Source of the DNA: Acidobacteriota bacterium
GTDB taxonomy: Bacteria; Acidobacteriota; CAIWXX01
Direction: 5' to 3'
Assembly: GCA_040755995.1 (NCBI GenBank)
Contig: JBFMAF010000033.1
Span: 1 to 64,000, forward strand
DNA length: 64,000 nucleotides
In this document: in pieces, positions 1 through 9,743 of the stretch
How the letters are laid out: every line of letters begins with the position of its first letter
Numbering within the stretch: position 1 is the first letter of the stretch
Notes under the pieces: generated by a model
What the model was told of the DNA's origin: nothing
Database searches by the model: none
Seen by the model: only the letters and a program-made list of their open reading frames with translations
Translations under genes and position numbers: made by a program

Positions 1-76
1 GCCTTCGTCGCTGCGGTGCTCACGTACCAGGGTGTACGCTGCGCTCCTCGCTCCTCGGCGCCTTGCACCTGCGGCC
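1..76. repeat. Possible REP-like palindromic intergenic element (partial, at window edge)
   Basis: Internal inverted repeat CGTAC-cagggt-GTACG with further partial complementarity; only one copy in the window. Confidence 0.25.
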
Positions 77-213
77 TTATCGCGGGCCAGGGCCCTCAGC
101 GGTTTGCGCCGTTGGCGCTGATTAGGGTGGAGCGTGAGAGAGCGCAGTATGTATGAGCTCCAGAGGGGGGACCGAACGGCCCCCCCTTGCATATGGCGAT
201 CCCGTGGACGCAC

Positions 214-1869
214 TCATCGGATTCTCACGCTGACGCTGTTGTTTCCTTCGTTGGACTCGGGGACGGTGTTGTCCCGGTCGACGACCGCCACAAGGTACCT
301 GTCTCTCCGGCCGGCGTTTTCCGAGACCGGGATATCGAAGGTGGCTCCGGCTGCAAGGGCCGCGACCCCCTGGTTCGTCACGAGAGTGGCTCTCCGGCCG
401 GCTCCGCTGTTTCGCGAGAGATAGACGCGGACCGTGAAGCCGCCGGACGCCTGCGATCCCGTGTTGCTGCAGACAAATGTCCCCGTGACACGCCGGCCGC
501 TCTTCCGGACTGAATTCCACGAGCCGCTCAGGTCTGCGGATCCGGCGGCAGGGACGCAGACGGTCGACTCGGCCGCAACGGTGTTCGCTGTGGTGTAGGC
601 GGGAATGACTGCGGCCGCCGCCGTGTCAAATCGCGTGCTGTCGCGCTGCGTATCGTCCTGCACGGCCCAGTCCGACGCCTGGGCGATCGAGTCACCGGTG
701 AATGCTGCGCACGACGGATCGATTTCGCCGGCCGCCGAGAGCCGCAAGATCATGACATCATAGCCGCTGGCGCCGTAGGACTTGGTGCCGCCGAGGACGA
801 TGAAGCTGCCGTCGGCGAGCTCCCGGATCGAGTGGCCTTCATCGTTCGCGGTGCCTCCGTACGTCCTCTGCCAGCTCACGGCACCGTCTGAGCTGAATCG
901 GACGATCCAGATGTCTCGCGCTACACCTCCGTAGCTCCCAATCGCGGCGTATCCGCCATCCGCAGTGGCGGTGCCGCCGTTGAACCACTCCGAGCTCCCG
1001 GTTCCGAGGCGTTTCTGCCACGATGGGCTGCCGCCGGAGCTCAGCTTCATCAGCAGCGCGTCGAAGTCGAGACCGACTGGGACGCATTGACCGGCGACGT
1101 ACCAACCTCCGCCGCTGATGCTGCTCAGGGCGTTTGGAAACTCGCTCTGGGCCGCCCCAATCAGGTGTCCGGTTGGTGAGGAAAAAGGTGTGCTGGTCGA
1201 GAACCAGAAATCGCGGCTCCCGTTATTGCCAGGGCCGTAGCCGAGCATGACGTATCCGAGCCCGTTCGGAATCACAGACACGGCTCCCTCACTCCCGTTG
1301 ATGTGCCTCCGCTTTTCAGAGCTGATGGCGCCGGCGGATGTGAGCCTCACGATCCAGGCATCCGATGCCACCGCCCCGAAGCTCTCGGTGAGCCCCGCCA
1401 AGTAGCATCCGCCGTCGCTGGCAGGCTCGATCGACCTCACCACGTCGGAGGACGCGCCCCCATATACCCTTTGCCACAAGACAGCTCCATTCGCGTCGAG
1501 CTTGAGTATCCAGACATCTGCCGAGCCCTGGCCGAAAGAGTATGTCTGGGCGGCCACCAGATATCCGCCGTTCACCTCTTGAATGTCGATTCCGCGGTCG
1601 AGTTGATCGCCGCCGAATACCTTCTGCCAGGCGACATCGCCCGAGCCGTTGAGCTTCACGACCCAGACATCCTCGCTCCCGCGCCCGAACGAGGTCGTCG
1701 ACGACACGAAGATGTACCCGCCATCCTGCGTCGTGCGGATCGATCCTCCGTACTCTGCCTCGTCACCACCGCCGCCGTAGGTTCTCGCCCAGTGCTGCGC
1801 AACCGCATCGCGGGCGCCCCACAGCACCGCGATCACGATCCATCCTCTAACCACCGTTTGCCATCTCAT
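214..1869 (-). CDS. Secreted beta-propeller-type repeat protein with C-terminal CARDB-like domain
   Basis: GGAGG 6 nt before ATG 1869; signal peptide; repeated W(A/Q)(R/K)xYGG...DGGY...DxW(V/I)(V/L)KL units; C-terminal ADL...N.G..ASGGF.V..Y...VD.DNTVPESNEGNN. Confidence 0.8.
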   Translation of the reverse strand: MRWQTVVRGWIVIAVLWGARDAVAQHWARTYGGGGDEAEYGGSIRTTQDGGYIFVSSTTSFGRGSEDVWVVKLNGSGDVAWQKVFGGDQLDRGIDIQEVNGGYLVAAQTYSFGQGSADVWILKLDANGAVLWQRVYGGASSDVVRSIEPASDGGCYLAGLTESFGAVASDAWIVRLTSAGAISSEKRRHINGSEGAVSVIPNGLGYVMLGYGPGNNGSRDFWFSTSTPFSSPTGHLIGAAQSEFPNALSSISGGGWYVAGQCVPVGLDFDALLMKLSSGGSPSWQKRLGTGSSEWFNGGTATADGGYAAIGSYGGVARDIWIVRFSSDGAVSWQRTYGGTANDEGHSIRELADGSFIVLGGTKSYGASGYDVMILRLSAAGEIDPSCAAFTGDSIAQASDWAVQDDTQRDSTRFDTAAAAVIPAYTTANTVAAESTVCVPAAGSADLSGSWNSVRKSGRRVTGTFVCSNTGSQASGGFTVRVYLSRNSGAGRRATLVTNQGVAALAAGATFDIPVSENAGRRDRYLVAVVDRDNTVPESNEGNNSVSVRIR

Positions 1870-2177
1870 TGTCATCCTCCCTTGTTCTGCCTCACCCCCG
1901 AAAGACCAGCAAGCCGGCCGGATGTACTGTGCTCGATGCCGCAGGGGTGACAATGCTCACAGGGTGACCGGCCCCGCAGGACCAGGAGTGGGAACGGGGA
2001 CCGTCGCACCAGATGTCCGTAGGGATGGGCTGGCAGGCGCGCTGCCACACATGATTCGCACCACTAGCTACGCCTGATCTCGCGGCACGGCGCGCGGAAC
2101 GGTGAGATCTATGCGGCCGCCGGGGTGGCTCTGAACGAGCTCGCCCGTGCGGCCCGAGTCTCGCGGGAGATCGAGCT

Positions 2178-2447
2178 CTAGGCTCTTCCCGCTTCGTGCA
2201 TCTTCGACTGGATAGCTGCGGCGAGCGAGTTGATGTTCTCCCACGCGCTGCGGTCGAACTTCCCGCTGACCAGCTTGATGCCGTATTTCTTCTCTATCTC
2301 CACTATCAACTGGAGTATGTCGATAGAATCGACTTCCAGCGACCCGCCGATCAGCGGCTGGCTGTCGTCGAGCTCCTCCGGTCTCACGTCGGTCAAACGC
2401 AGGCTGCTGACGATGAGCTGCTTCAATTCCGGTCTTATGTCTTCCAT
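2178..2447 (-). CDS. acpP: Acyl carrier protein
   Basis: About 89 aa; LEVDSIDILQLIVEIEKKYGI phosphopantetheine motif. Confidence 0.85.
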   Translation of the reverse strand: MEDIRPELKQLIVSSLRLTDVRPEELDDSQPLIGGSLEVDSIDILQLIVEIEKKYGIKLVSGKFDRSAWENINSLAAAIQSKMHEAGRA

Positions 2448-2479
2448 TCGCTCCGTCCTCAACTTCCCCGTGGGCACAG

Positions 2480-2508
2480 ATTCTCTCTGTGAAGCGCGGT
2501 CGAGTCAA
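2480..2508 (-). promoter_or_regulatory. Putative sigma70 promoter of the ACP gene
   Basis: On the minus strand TTGACT-17 nt-GAGAAT upstream of the ACP start. Confidence 0.4.
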
Positions 2509-2576
2509 GCTTTTCCGAAATCGGGCGCTTTGTCTGGACCGGCGTTCCGCGTATACTGTACGCAGTGGAGCGTGAC

Positions 2577-2939
2577 ATGCAGAGAAACAGGCGCATCATT
2601 TTTTCGGCTGCAATCGTGCTTGCCATCACCCTGCCGGCTTGCGGCCTTCGTGACCGGCTTACGACGACACCGATCGGCGACATCCTCAAGAGCCCTCGGG
2701 AATACGAGGGAAAGACCGTGACCGTGTCGGGTGTCGTGGCGGATGAGGTGTCGTTGATCGCGGTCAAGTACTTCACGGTCGAGGACAAGACCGGCAGGAT
2801 CGCCGTGGTCACGAACCGGATCATGCCGGCGAAGGGCGAGAAGGTTCGCGTGAGGGGAGCCGTGCAGGAGATGTTCTCTCTGGGTACGAGGCGCATTATC
2901 GTCATCAAGGAGGAGCCCCCGTCTGAGACCCAACGGTAG
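2577..2939 (+). CDS. OB-fold domain lipoprotein
   Basis: Lipobox LPAC after a hydrophobic stretch; GKTVTVSGVV...FTVEDKTGRIAV...GEKVRVRGAV OB-fold pattern. Confidence 0.75.
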   Translation: MQRNRRIIFSAAIVLAITLPACGLRDRLTTTPIGDILKSPREYEGKTVTVSGVVADEVSLIAVKYFTVEDKTGRIAVVTNRIMPAKGEKVRVRGAVQEMFSLGTRRIIVIKEEPPSETQR

Positions 2940-3302
2940 CGGCGTCACGCCGCCACCCAGCCTCTTCGCACGGGCGTAGCCCGCTCCGCGAGTGGGCCGA
3001 GGCTCAGACTCCGGCCCCGGTCAGACTGGCGAGGCCTGGCAGGCATATTGTTACCCCTTGACGAAGTGATTATGCCACAAGCAAGGCATACTTCGGCACA
3101 CAGTGATGCAGAGAGATCCGGCTGGCAACTACCGGATGCGACGAGATTCGGCGGGGCCGCACGATGGCTCGATCAGACCGCCGCCGGCCAGCTCAGGCTT
3201 TCCTCGGCTTTCGGCCATCGCTTAGCCCAGTCGCCCACTCTCACACGCGGCACATCGGCTCCGCCGGCGCCAAGAAAGGCCTGCGACGATTCCCGCGGGC
3301 TG

Positions 3303-4619
3303 CTACGAGCGATCTCTCAGGAAGTGCTTGTTGCCGCCCAGGATCTTCTCGGTGGTGAGGCGACGCTGCTTGAGGTTTACCGGGAGGTAGGCGAGAGCGG
3401 TCCAGAACGAGGAGAATGACGATCCGTAGAAGCGGCTCAGTATGCTCCGTTTGCTGTAGAACTCCCGCCAGACGTGCTGCCAGCCTTCGTGAAGCTTGTC
3501 CGGGCTCATGTGCTTCGGCCGGTAGAGCGGCGAGTCGTCGCGGTCCTTCCTCAGCCACCACCGGTCTTGCAGCAACCGCCCTTCATCCGCCAATCGCTTG
3601 TAGAGCCGTGTCCCGGGATAGGGCGTGAGCATGGCGAAGCTCGCCATGAACAGCGGCGCCTTCAGCGCGAAATCCAGCGTGCCGTCGAAAATGCTCTCGT
3701 CGTCCTCGTCCAGCCCCAGCACGAAAGACGCCCACACGGCTACGCCGTTATCCTGCAGCATCCGAACGCTGTCGACGTACTTCGCGGGGTTGTTCTGGTT
3801 CTTTCCACAACCTTTGAGGCTCGCAGGGCTTACGCTCTCGAATCCGATGAACAGCGCCTTGCAGCCTGATGCTGCAAGCTGCTTCACGGTAGCCTCTTTG
3901 CTCAGGCCGTGCAGCGACGCCTGTCCGAACCAGGTCACTCGCAGAGGCTTGAGAGCTTCGAAGAGCTTCAGCGAGTGGGCGGGAATGCCGACGATGTTGT
4001 CGTCCGCGAACATGAGCCAGTGGCCCTTCAGTCCGCGCACCTCGTCGATCGTGTCCTCCACGTCCCGCACCCGGAAGCTCCGCCCGAAGAACTGCGTGAC
4101 CGAACAGAAATCACAATCGAAAGGGCAGCCCCGCGATGCCTGAACGATGTCCATGGGTACGTACCGCTTGGACTTGAAAATATCGCGCCGCGGGCGCGTG
4201 GGGGTCTTGTAGTCCGGTAAGGAATCGCGCCGGTAGAGCCGGCTCAGTGTTCCGCTTCTTGCATCCTCCACGACTCGATCCCACAGCCCCTCGGCCTCGC
4301 CCACCACCACCGCGTCGCAGTGCTCCAAGACCTCCTCCGGCAGCACCGTCGGATGAATGCCTCCCATGACCACCCTTACGCCATGGGCGCGGTAAGCCGC
4401 CGCCAGCTCGTAGGCGCGCGCTACAGTCTTGGTCGAGGCGGTGATAGCAGCCAGGTCCACGCTGAAATCGAGGTCCGTCGACGGGTCGAGCCTCGTGACG
4501 AGATCGTCCTTGAAGCTCACATCCACATCTTTCGGCGTCAGCCCCGCCAGCGTGGCGACGGCAAGATGCTTCAAGAATGCCGAATCCTCGACCGCGGGCG
4601 CCACCAGCTCGATCTTCAC
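3303..4619 (-). CDS. B12-binding radical SAM protein (no. 1)
   Basis: MGGIHPT cobalamin-binding region, RGCPFDCDFC, GFES, LTPYPGT. Confidence 0.9.
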   Translation of the reverse strand: MKIELVAPAVEDSAFLKHLAVATLAGLTPKDVDVSFKDDLVTRLDPSTDLDFSVDLAAITASTKTVARAYELAAAYRAHGVRVVMGGIHPTVLPEEVLEHCDAVVVGEAEGLWDRVVEDARSGTLSRLYRRDSLPDYKTPTRPRRDIFKSKRYVPMDIVQASRGCPFDCDFCSVTQFFGRSFRVRDVEDTIDEVRGLKGHWLMFADDNIVGIPAHSLKLFEALKPLRVTWFGQASLHGLSKEATVKQLAASGCKALFIGFESVSPASLKGCGKNQNNPAKYVDSVRMLQDNGVAVWASFVLGLDEDDESIFDGTLDFALKAPLFMASFAMLTPYPGTRLYKRLADEGRLLQDRWWLRKDRDDSPLYRPKHMSPDKLHEGWQHVWREFYSKRSILSRFYGSSFSSFWTALAYLPVNLKQRRLTTEKILGGNKHFLRDRS

Positions 4620-4635
4620 GCAGCCCCCTCTCTCA

Positions 4636-4683
4636 CCAGCTCTCCGTTTCTCCGTTTCACCGATTCTCCGCGTCTCCGCTTCA
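4636..4683. repeat. Six degenerate tandem octamers (CCGNNTCW-like)
   Basis: CCAGCTCT CCGTTTCT CCGTTTCA CCGATTCT CCGCGTCT CCGCTTCA fill the intergenic gap. Confidence 0.8.
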
Positions 4684-4686
4684 CGA

Positions 4687-5844
4687 TCATCTAACCAGTC
4701 CGAGCGCTGCTGTGAGGCGCAGGAATGCCCGCGCGGCCAGTCCCACCGGGTCCAGCAGCACGAAGCGGCCGATCAGGTTGTTCACGGGCTCCCCCTGGAA
4801 TCGGGCCACCCTCCGATAGTGGGCGATGAAGTTCAGCACTCGCAATGTGATCTTCCAGCGTGTGGATCCGAAGTAATGAGGTTTGATGAAAGGGATGGCG
4901 AGCCCCGCCTTCACCTCGTCGATGAACTCACCGAAATCACGCGCTCCGGCTGAAGCGCAGACGACGGTGGCAGCGGATAGCGAGTGACTGTCGCCGCCCC
5001 CGACCAGCGGCTTGCCCACTTCGCGTGCGAGCGCGATCACGGCATCATTCTCCTCGCGACTCCTCATCCCGTTGTACTCGAGCGCGTGGATCGCCCATCC
5101 ATACCGCTTGAGGAGATCGCTCGCAGGGATGCTGACCTTCTCGATGCCGCCCTTGGGCAGCAACGGGTGGTTGAGCACGACGAGGCATCCGGTCGCCGCG
5201 AGATGTTCGAAGAGCTCGTCGATCCGCCCGGCGCGGGCTTCACGCTGGAGGGAGGCGTGATCCGATTCGGCGCGTTCCGTCTCCAGGCCCACCACTCCGA
5301 GGTGAAAGAGGTGCTCCTGGAATCGAAACGAAAGCTCCTCGCCAAGGGCCAACCGCTGCCGGTCGTATTGCGTTAGCCGGAGTAGTTCAAGCGATCCGCC
5401 GATGTCGTCGTGATCGGTGATCGCGAGGAGCAGCCGGTCGATCCCGATATTTGGCGAGTCGGCTCGCTCGATCTCGAGTGCGTCCAGGGGGCTGAATGGG
5501 GGATTGTACTTGATATCCGCGTAGTCCAGGTGGTCGACCCAGGCGAGGCCGAATGCCCGCTGCAGAATGCCGCCGAACGGCCGCATGAAGCCGAGCCTGA
5601 TGAAGGCGTTGAGCGGCGCCAGGTCCTCGATCGAGTATCTGGTGTGGTTGTGGATCGAAATCAAGGTGGAAAAGCGGCCGGCTGGATTCGGGCACGGCCG
5701 GTACTCCCAGTTCTCCACCGTCCAGCACGTGGAAGGGGTCGTGCGCAGCTGCACCGGGGAGGCTCTGCGCGATGACTGGAACGACGACTCGATGCCGATC
5801 ACGACGTCCGCCGCGCTGTCGGCAGTCGCAGAGCGACGCATCAT
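4687..5844 (-). CDS. PHP-family metal-dependent phosphoesterase-like protein
   Basis: [26 protein letters not shown] motifs; ATG 5844 overlaps the fabG stop (ATGA). Confidence 0.7.
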   Translation of the reverse strand: MMRRSATADSAADVVIGIESSFQSSRRASPVQLRTTPSTCWTVENWEYRPCPNPAGRFSTLISIHNHTRYSIEDLAPLNAFIRLGFMRPFGGILQRAFGLAWVDHLDYADIKYNPPFSPLDALEIERADSPNIGIDRLLLAITDHDDIGGSLELLRLTQYDRQRLALGEELSFRFQEHLFHLGVVGLETERAESDHASLQREARAGRIDELFEHLAATGCLVVLNHPLLPKGGIEKVSIPASDLLKRYGWAIHALEYNGMRSREENDAVIALAREVGKPLVGGGDSHSLSAATVVCASAGARDFGEFIDEVKAGLAIPFIKPHYFGSTRWKITLRVLNFIAHYRRVARFQGEPVNNLIGRFVLLDPVGLAARAFLRLTAALGLVR

Positions 5845-6575
5845 ACGAGCCCCCCATCCACCGAGATCACCTGACCCGTGATGTAGCTCGCTGCGTTCGA
5901 TCCGAGGAAAACGACCAACGGCGCGACCTCTTCGGGCCGGCCGAACCGCCCCAAGGGTATCTCCGCGAGCAGCCGGCGTCCCTGCTTCTCGATGAGTCTC
6001 TCGGTCATCCTCGTCTCGATAACACCCGGGGATACCGCGTTGACCCTGATGTTGTAACGTCCCATTTCCCGCGCCAGCGACTTCGTGAAGGCGATGACGC
6101 CGCCCTTCGCGGCTCCGTAACTGCACTGGCCTGCCTGCCCGCGGATGCCGCTTGCCGACACGATGTTGGTGATCACACCTCCGCCGAGATGCATCATCCC
6201 CCTGAGAGCCGCTTGCGAGCAGAGATAGGTTCCTCGCAAACTGGCGTCGACGACCGAGTCCCACTGTTCATCCGACATCAGCATCAGCGGGCCGTCGTCG
6301 ATGATCCCGGCGTTGTTCACCAGGTGCGAGACGAGACCGATTCTTTCCTCGATCTCCGCAAATGCGCGCTCGACCTCGGCGCGCACGGCTACATCGACCT
6401 TCTTAGCAACAGCCCGCCCTGAAGCGCTCGTGATCCTCTCGACGACCTCATGGGCACCCGCCTCGTTCGACTTGTAGATCGGGATGACGAAGTGCCCCGC
6501 GCCCGCCAAAGCTTCCGCGATGGCCCGGCCGATACCGCTCGAAGCGCCTGTCACAACAGCGACCGGCTCATTCAC
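5841..6575 (-). CDS. fabG: 3-oxoacyl-ACP reductase
   Basis: [26 protein letters not shown] motifs; GTG start at 6575 preferred because the longer start runs through a repeat. Confidence 0.9.
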   Translation of the reverse strand: MNEPVAVVTGASSGIGRAIAEALAGAGHFVIPIYKSNEAGAHEVVERITSASGRAVAKKVDVAVRAEVERAFAEIEERIGLVSHLVNNAGIIDDGPLMLMSDEQWDSVVDASLRGTYLCSQAALRGMMHLGGGVITNIVSASGIRGQAGQCSYGAAKGGVIAFTKSLAREMGRYNIRVNAVSPGVIETRMTERLIEKQGRRLLAEIPLGRFGRPEEVAPLVVFLGSNAASYITGQVISVDGGLV

Positions 6576-6589
6576 TGGTGGGATCCTGC

Positions 6590-6624
6590 CCGAAATCCGC
6601 AATTCGAAATTCGAAATCCGAAAT
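6590..6624. repeat. Five tandem heptamers (YCGMAAT)
   Basis: CCGAAAT CCGCAAT TCGAAAT TCGAAAT CCGAAAT. Confidence 0.8.
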
Positions 6625-6699
6625 AGGGCTCGCCTTGCCATTTGACGCTGCACGTCGCCCACCCGGCAACAAGTTGTCGCAAAGTTCGCCCTAACGCGC

Positions 6700-9600
6700 C
6701 TAGCTCAGCGGCTTGTAGATCAGCAGGTATGCGCCCCAGCGCGTCTCATAGCGGTCCAGGTTGCCCCTCAGGGCGTAGGTGACGATCCCCTGCACGTAGG
6801 TGCTCCACGGACCGGCCGTCGCGAAATCGACCTCGATCCCGTCGAAATCGCGGCTCCCGCGCCACTCTTCCGCGTTCTTCCCCCACGCGTGGCTGTACTT
6901 AGCTCCGCACCGGATGAAATCCATGATGTTGAATTCGTACGCCGCCCCGGCAGTCGCGATGCTGTCGAAGAACTCCGTGCCGCTCGGGATTCCGGCGAGA
7001 CGCGGTTGCGAGAAATACGAAGGGCTGTATTTCGAAAACCTGTCCAGCCGGTCCCCGCCATAGTACGAGAGCTCCAAGCCTGCTCTCGAGAACCGGCCGA
7101 AGTAAAAATTCTTCGACAAGATGCCGTAGTACTTGCTGTAACTTTGGTGGGTGGCGTCGGAGTCCTCGGGCTCGTATCCATATCCTCTCCATGCGAGGCG
7201 CCGCGAATACCAGCCGCCGGCTGTAGCGGAATACCCGTGCTGCGACCACTTGAGCTCGAGGCCCGGGCTGAGAGTGAGCCCGTTGCGCGGGAGCGAGTAG
7301 GCGGGATCGGTGTCGCTGGTGCGCCGATAGATGTCCCCGGTGAGATAGAAGGTGCCCGTGACGCTGAGCCTATCGGCTGCCTGCCAGGAGGCCCTCGCGC
7401 CCGCGGTCTCCGAGAACGCCCACATACCCTGCTCCTTGACCTCCGTGTCGCCCGAGTAGACGCGCGATTGTCCGGGAAGCGCCGAGAGCGCGACGTCCAG
7501 GCCCACTCGGTGGCCCGCTTCCCACTGCTTCGTGAGGTTCGCCGCAAGCAGGGGTCCTGCGAAGAAGATCGAAAGTTGCGAAGAGGTGTCCCTGAAATTG
7601 AAATCGACCAGGCTGAAGCCGAACAGGGGCACCGGGAATTCCAGGCTCCCCTCGTAAAGCACCCCCGCCACGATCGACTTGATGCGTCGCTCGATATCCG
7701 GCTGGAGCACCCGTTCGTCGCCCTTCTTTTTCAGCGTGCGCAGCCCTACATCGGTGTCCCGGAACATGGGATCGTCCGACCGTCGGGCGGAATCGAGCGA
7801 ACCCTGGAAATCGGCGGGGTTGATGGTGAAATCCGAGAGGCTGTAGGTCTTCTCGAGCAGGAAGCTGCGCCCCGCCGCATTGAGCATCTGCTGCGCGTAG
7901 ATCGACCGCAGCAGGTTTACCTGATTGCCGCTCCCATCCGACACCAGCGCGAACTCCTGCCTCTCCGCGTTCGAGATCACGTTACTCTTGCCGCCTCGCT
8001 GGCTCAGGTCCATCCTCACGTGGCGGAACGTGGCGCCGTCGATCCAGACCTTGCCGCGGTACAGCGTCTCACCCTTCACGACCGGCTCGAATCCGACCAC
8101 GTAGCACACAGCCCCGTCGACCGTGTCCATACCGAGCAGCGAGTAGGAGTACTTCTCGTCGAGCTTCAGCTCCAGTGGTTGCGTGAGGACCTTCTCGGGC
8201 TCGAGCTGTGGCAGCGGGAAGTCCCTGCGACCCTTGAAGCGCACCCCGTTCACGTAGAATTCGGTCTGAACCCATTCGCTCAGCCCCGACGCGCTCCAGA
8301 ACTGCCTGAACCGCATCGAGATGTCGAAAGTGCCTCCGACCCCGGCCGGCTCGAAGTGCAGCGTGAGAAAGCAGTTCGAGATGTATGCCTGGACCAGGCG
8401 TCGTTGAGCCTCCCGGTACTGCTGCCACCGCGCGACAATCTCATCCACCGTGAGCGAGGCTGGCGCGGTCACCTCGATCCTCTCGCGACCCGCCTCCTCC
8501 GGCGCCGCCAGCTTGCGGATCACGATGAGCAAGAACCGGCTGGAGCCCGTACAGATCTGCTCGATGCCCGAGGCTGCGCGAACAACCGCATCGGGCTTCA
8601 GAACATTCACAGCGACCGGATCGACCCACTCGACCCCGAAGTCCTCCGTCGCGGGCCCGCGGAGAGTCAGTCGACGCGCGGTGCCGGCGGTCTCGCCGAG
8701 CTGTGCCAGAATCGCGACGTCCGGGGTCGTCGAATCGTTAAAGACTGCGTAATGGAGCGGTCCGCCGTCCGAGGATACCGAGAACGGGGATGACGCAGCG
8801 TCGACCACGCTGAAGCTCAAACCGACCTTCTGCGCGAGCAGCTGCGCAGTAGCGCAGACGCGGCTCATCGCCGGCTGGTCGGGGAGGTCGATCAGAAGCG
8901 TGTCGACGGCGACACCGCTCAGCGCGAGAACGGCCTCCATGAATCTGTCAACGAAAGACTCCGGCCCCGTCGCAGCGGTGCAGTCGACACGCAGGCAGAC
9001 GGGCTTGCCGAGCGCCTCCTGCGCCGCAAACGCGACCACATCCCGCCATCCGGCGTCGAGGTCCGTGGCGATGACGTCGCTGTAGACGGCCAGCTTCCTC
9101 GCGACCTCTTCCTGCTGTGCGATGAATCCCGGCGGAAGGTAGAATATGATCTGCAGGCCGGGTTTGTCGGCCCGCGCCTTGGTGGCTATGCTGGCTGTCA
9201 CGAATCGAAGCAGATCGGGCTGCGGCAGCGGGTCGCCGAATTCCAGGACAAGGCCTCGGACGCGCGAGTCGGCAAGCGGGATGCGATCGAGAGCCTGCGT
9301 GATCGCCGCGCCAAGCTGTTTCTCGTCGGAAGTAGCTGCAGCCGCCTCAATGCGCAAGCGAACGAAGACCTCGGTCGTTCCAGGCAGGCCCTCGATTGCC
9401 TTGGCTGTCTGCTCGCAATCGGGACAGGGATCGGCTGCAGTGCTCAGATCCAATCTGAGCGCCGGTAGGACCAAGAAGCTATTCGCACTGCTGCACTCCC
9501 GGGCCGCGCGCGCGACTGCGCTCGTATCAGTGGCGAACCCGCCAAGAAGCAATCTTGGAATCCCCGTCGCACAGGCGGCAGCGGTCGCGTTCAGGGCGAC

Positions 9601-9738
9601 CAGAGTTGCGACGAACAGCGGCACCAAAATCGCGAGATTCGTTCTCCGTGTCGCCGCGTCCCCGAGTCTCCGCGTCCATCTCGAAACGCGCGTGGCGCGC
9701 TCCGAAACCGCTGGACCCTTCACTGAGAGCAGCAACAC
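6700..9738 (-). CDS. Large exported multidomain protein: N-terminal TIM-barrel-like region, LolA/RseB-like middle domain, C-terminal outer-membrane beta-barrel-like region
   Basis: Hydrophobic N-terminal segment; [23 protein letters not shown]...YRGKVWID typical of LolA/RseB-like folds; alternating aromatic beta-strands ending YLLIYKPLS; start uncertain (GTG 9738 or 9723). Confidence 0.6.
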   Translation of the reverse strand: MLLLSVKGPAVSERATRVSRWTRRLGDAATRRTNLAILVPLFVATLVALNATAAACATGIPRLLLGGFATDTSAVARAARECSSANSFLVLPALRLDLSTAADPCPDCEQTAKAIEGLPGTTEVFVRLRIEAAAATSDEKQLGAAITQALDRIPLADSRVRGLVLEFGDPLPQPDLLRFVTASIATKARADKPGLQIIFYLPPGFIAQQEEVARKLAVYSDVIATDLDAGWRDVVAFAAQEALGKPVCLRVDCTAATGPESFVDRFMEAVLALSGVAVDTLLIDLPDQPAMSRVCATAQLLAQKVGLSFSVVDAASSPFSVSSDGGPLHYAVFNDSTTPDVAILAQLGETAGTARRLTLRGPATEDFGVEWVDPVAVNVLKPDAVVRAASGIEQICTGSSRFLLIVIRKLAAPEEAGRERIEVTAPASLTVDEIVARWQQYREAQRRLVQAYISNCFLTLHFEPAGVGGTFDISMRFRQFWSASGLSEWVQTEFYVNGVRFKGRRDFPLPQLEPEKVLTQPLELKLDEKYSYSLLGMDTVDGAVCYVVGFEPVVKGETLYRGKVWIDGATFRHVRMDLSQRGGKSNVISNAERQEFALVSDGSGNQVNLLRSIYAQQMLNAAGRSFLLEKTYSLSDFTINPADFQGSLDSARRSDDPMFRDTDVGLRTLKKKGDERVLQPDIERRIKSIVAGVLYEGSLEFPVPLFGFSLVDFNFRDTSSQLSIFFAGPLLAANLTKQWEAGHRVGLDVALSALPGQSRVYSGDTEVKEQGMWAFSETAGARASWQAADRLSVTGTFYLTGDIYRRTSDTDPAYSLPRNGLTLSPGLELKWSQHGYSATAGGWYSRRLAWRGYGYEPEDSDATHQSYSKYYGILSKNFYFGRFSRAGLELSYYGGDRLDRFSKYSPSYFSQPRLAGIPSGTEFFDSIATAGAAYEFNIMDFIRCGAKYSHAWGKNAEEWRGSRDFDGIEVDFATAGPWSTYVQGIVTYALRGNLDRYETRWGAYLLIYKPLS

Positions 9739-9743
9739 AGTCT

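Noticed and set aside
6889..8793. Long antisense ORFs (also 17615..18970, 22305..23786, 29711..31915, 40400..41803)
   Set aside because: Shadow frames opposite well-supported genes in high-GC DNA; no recognisable motifs
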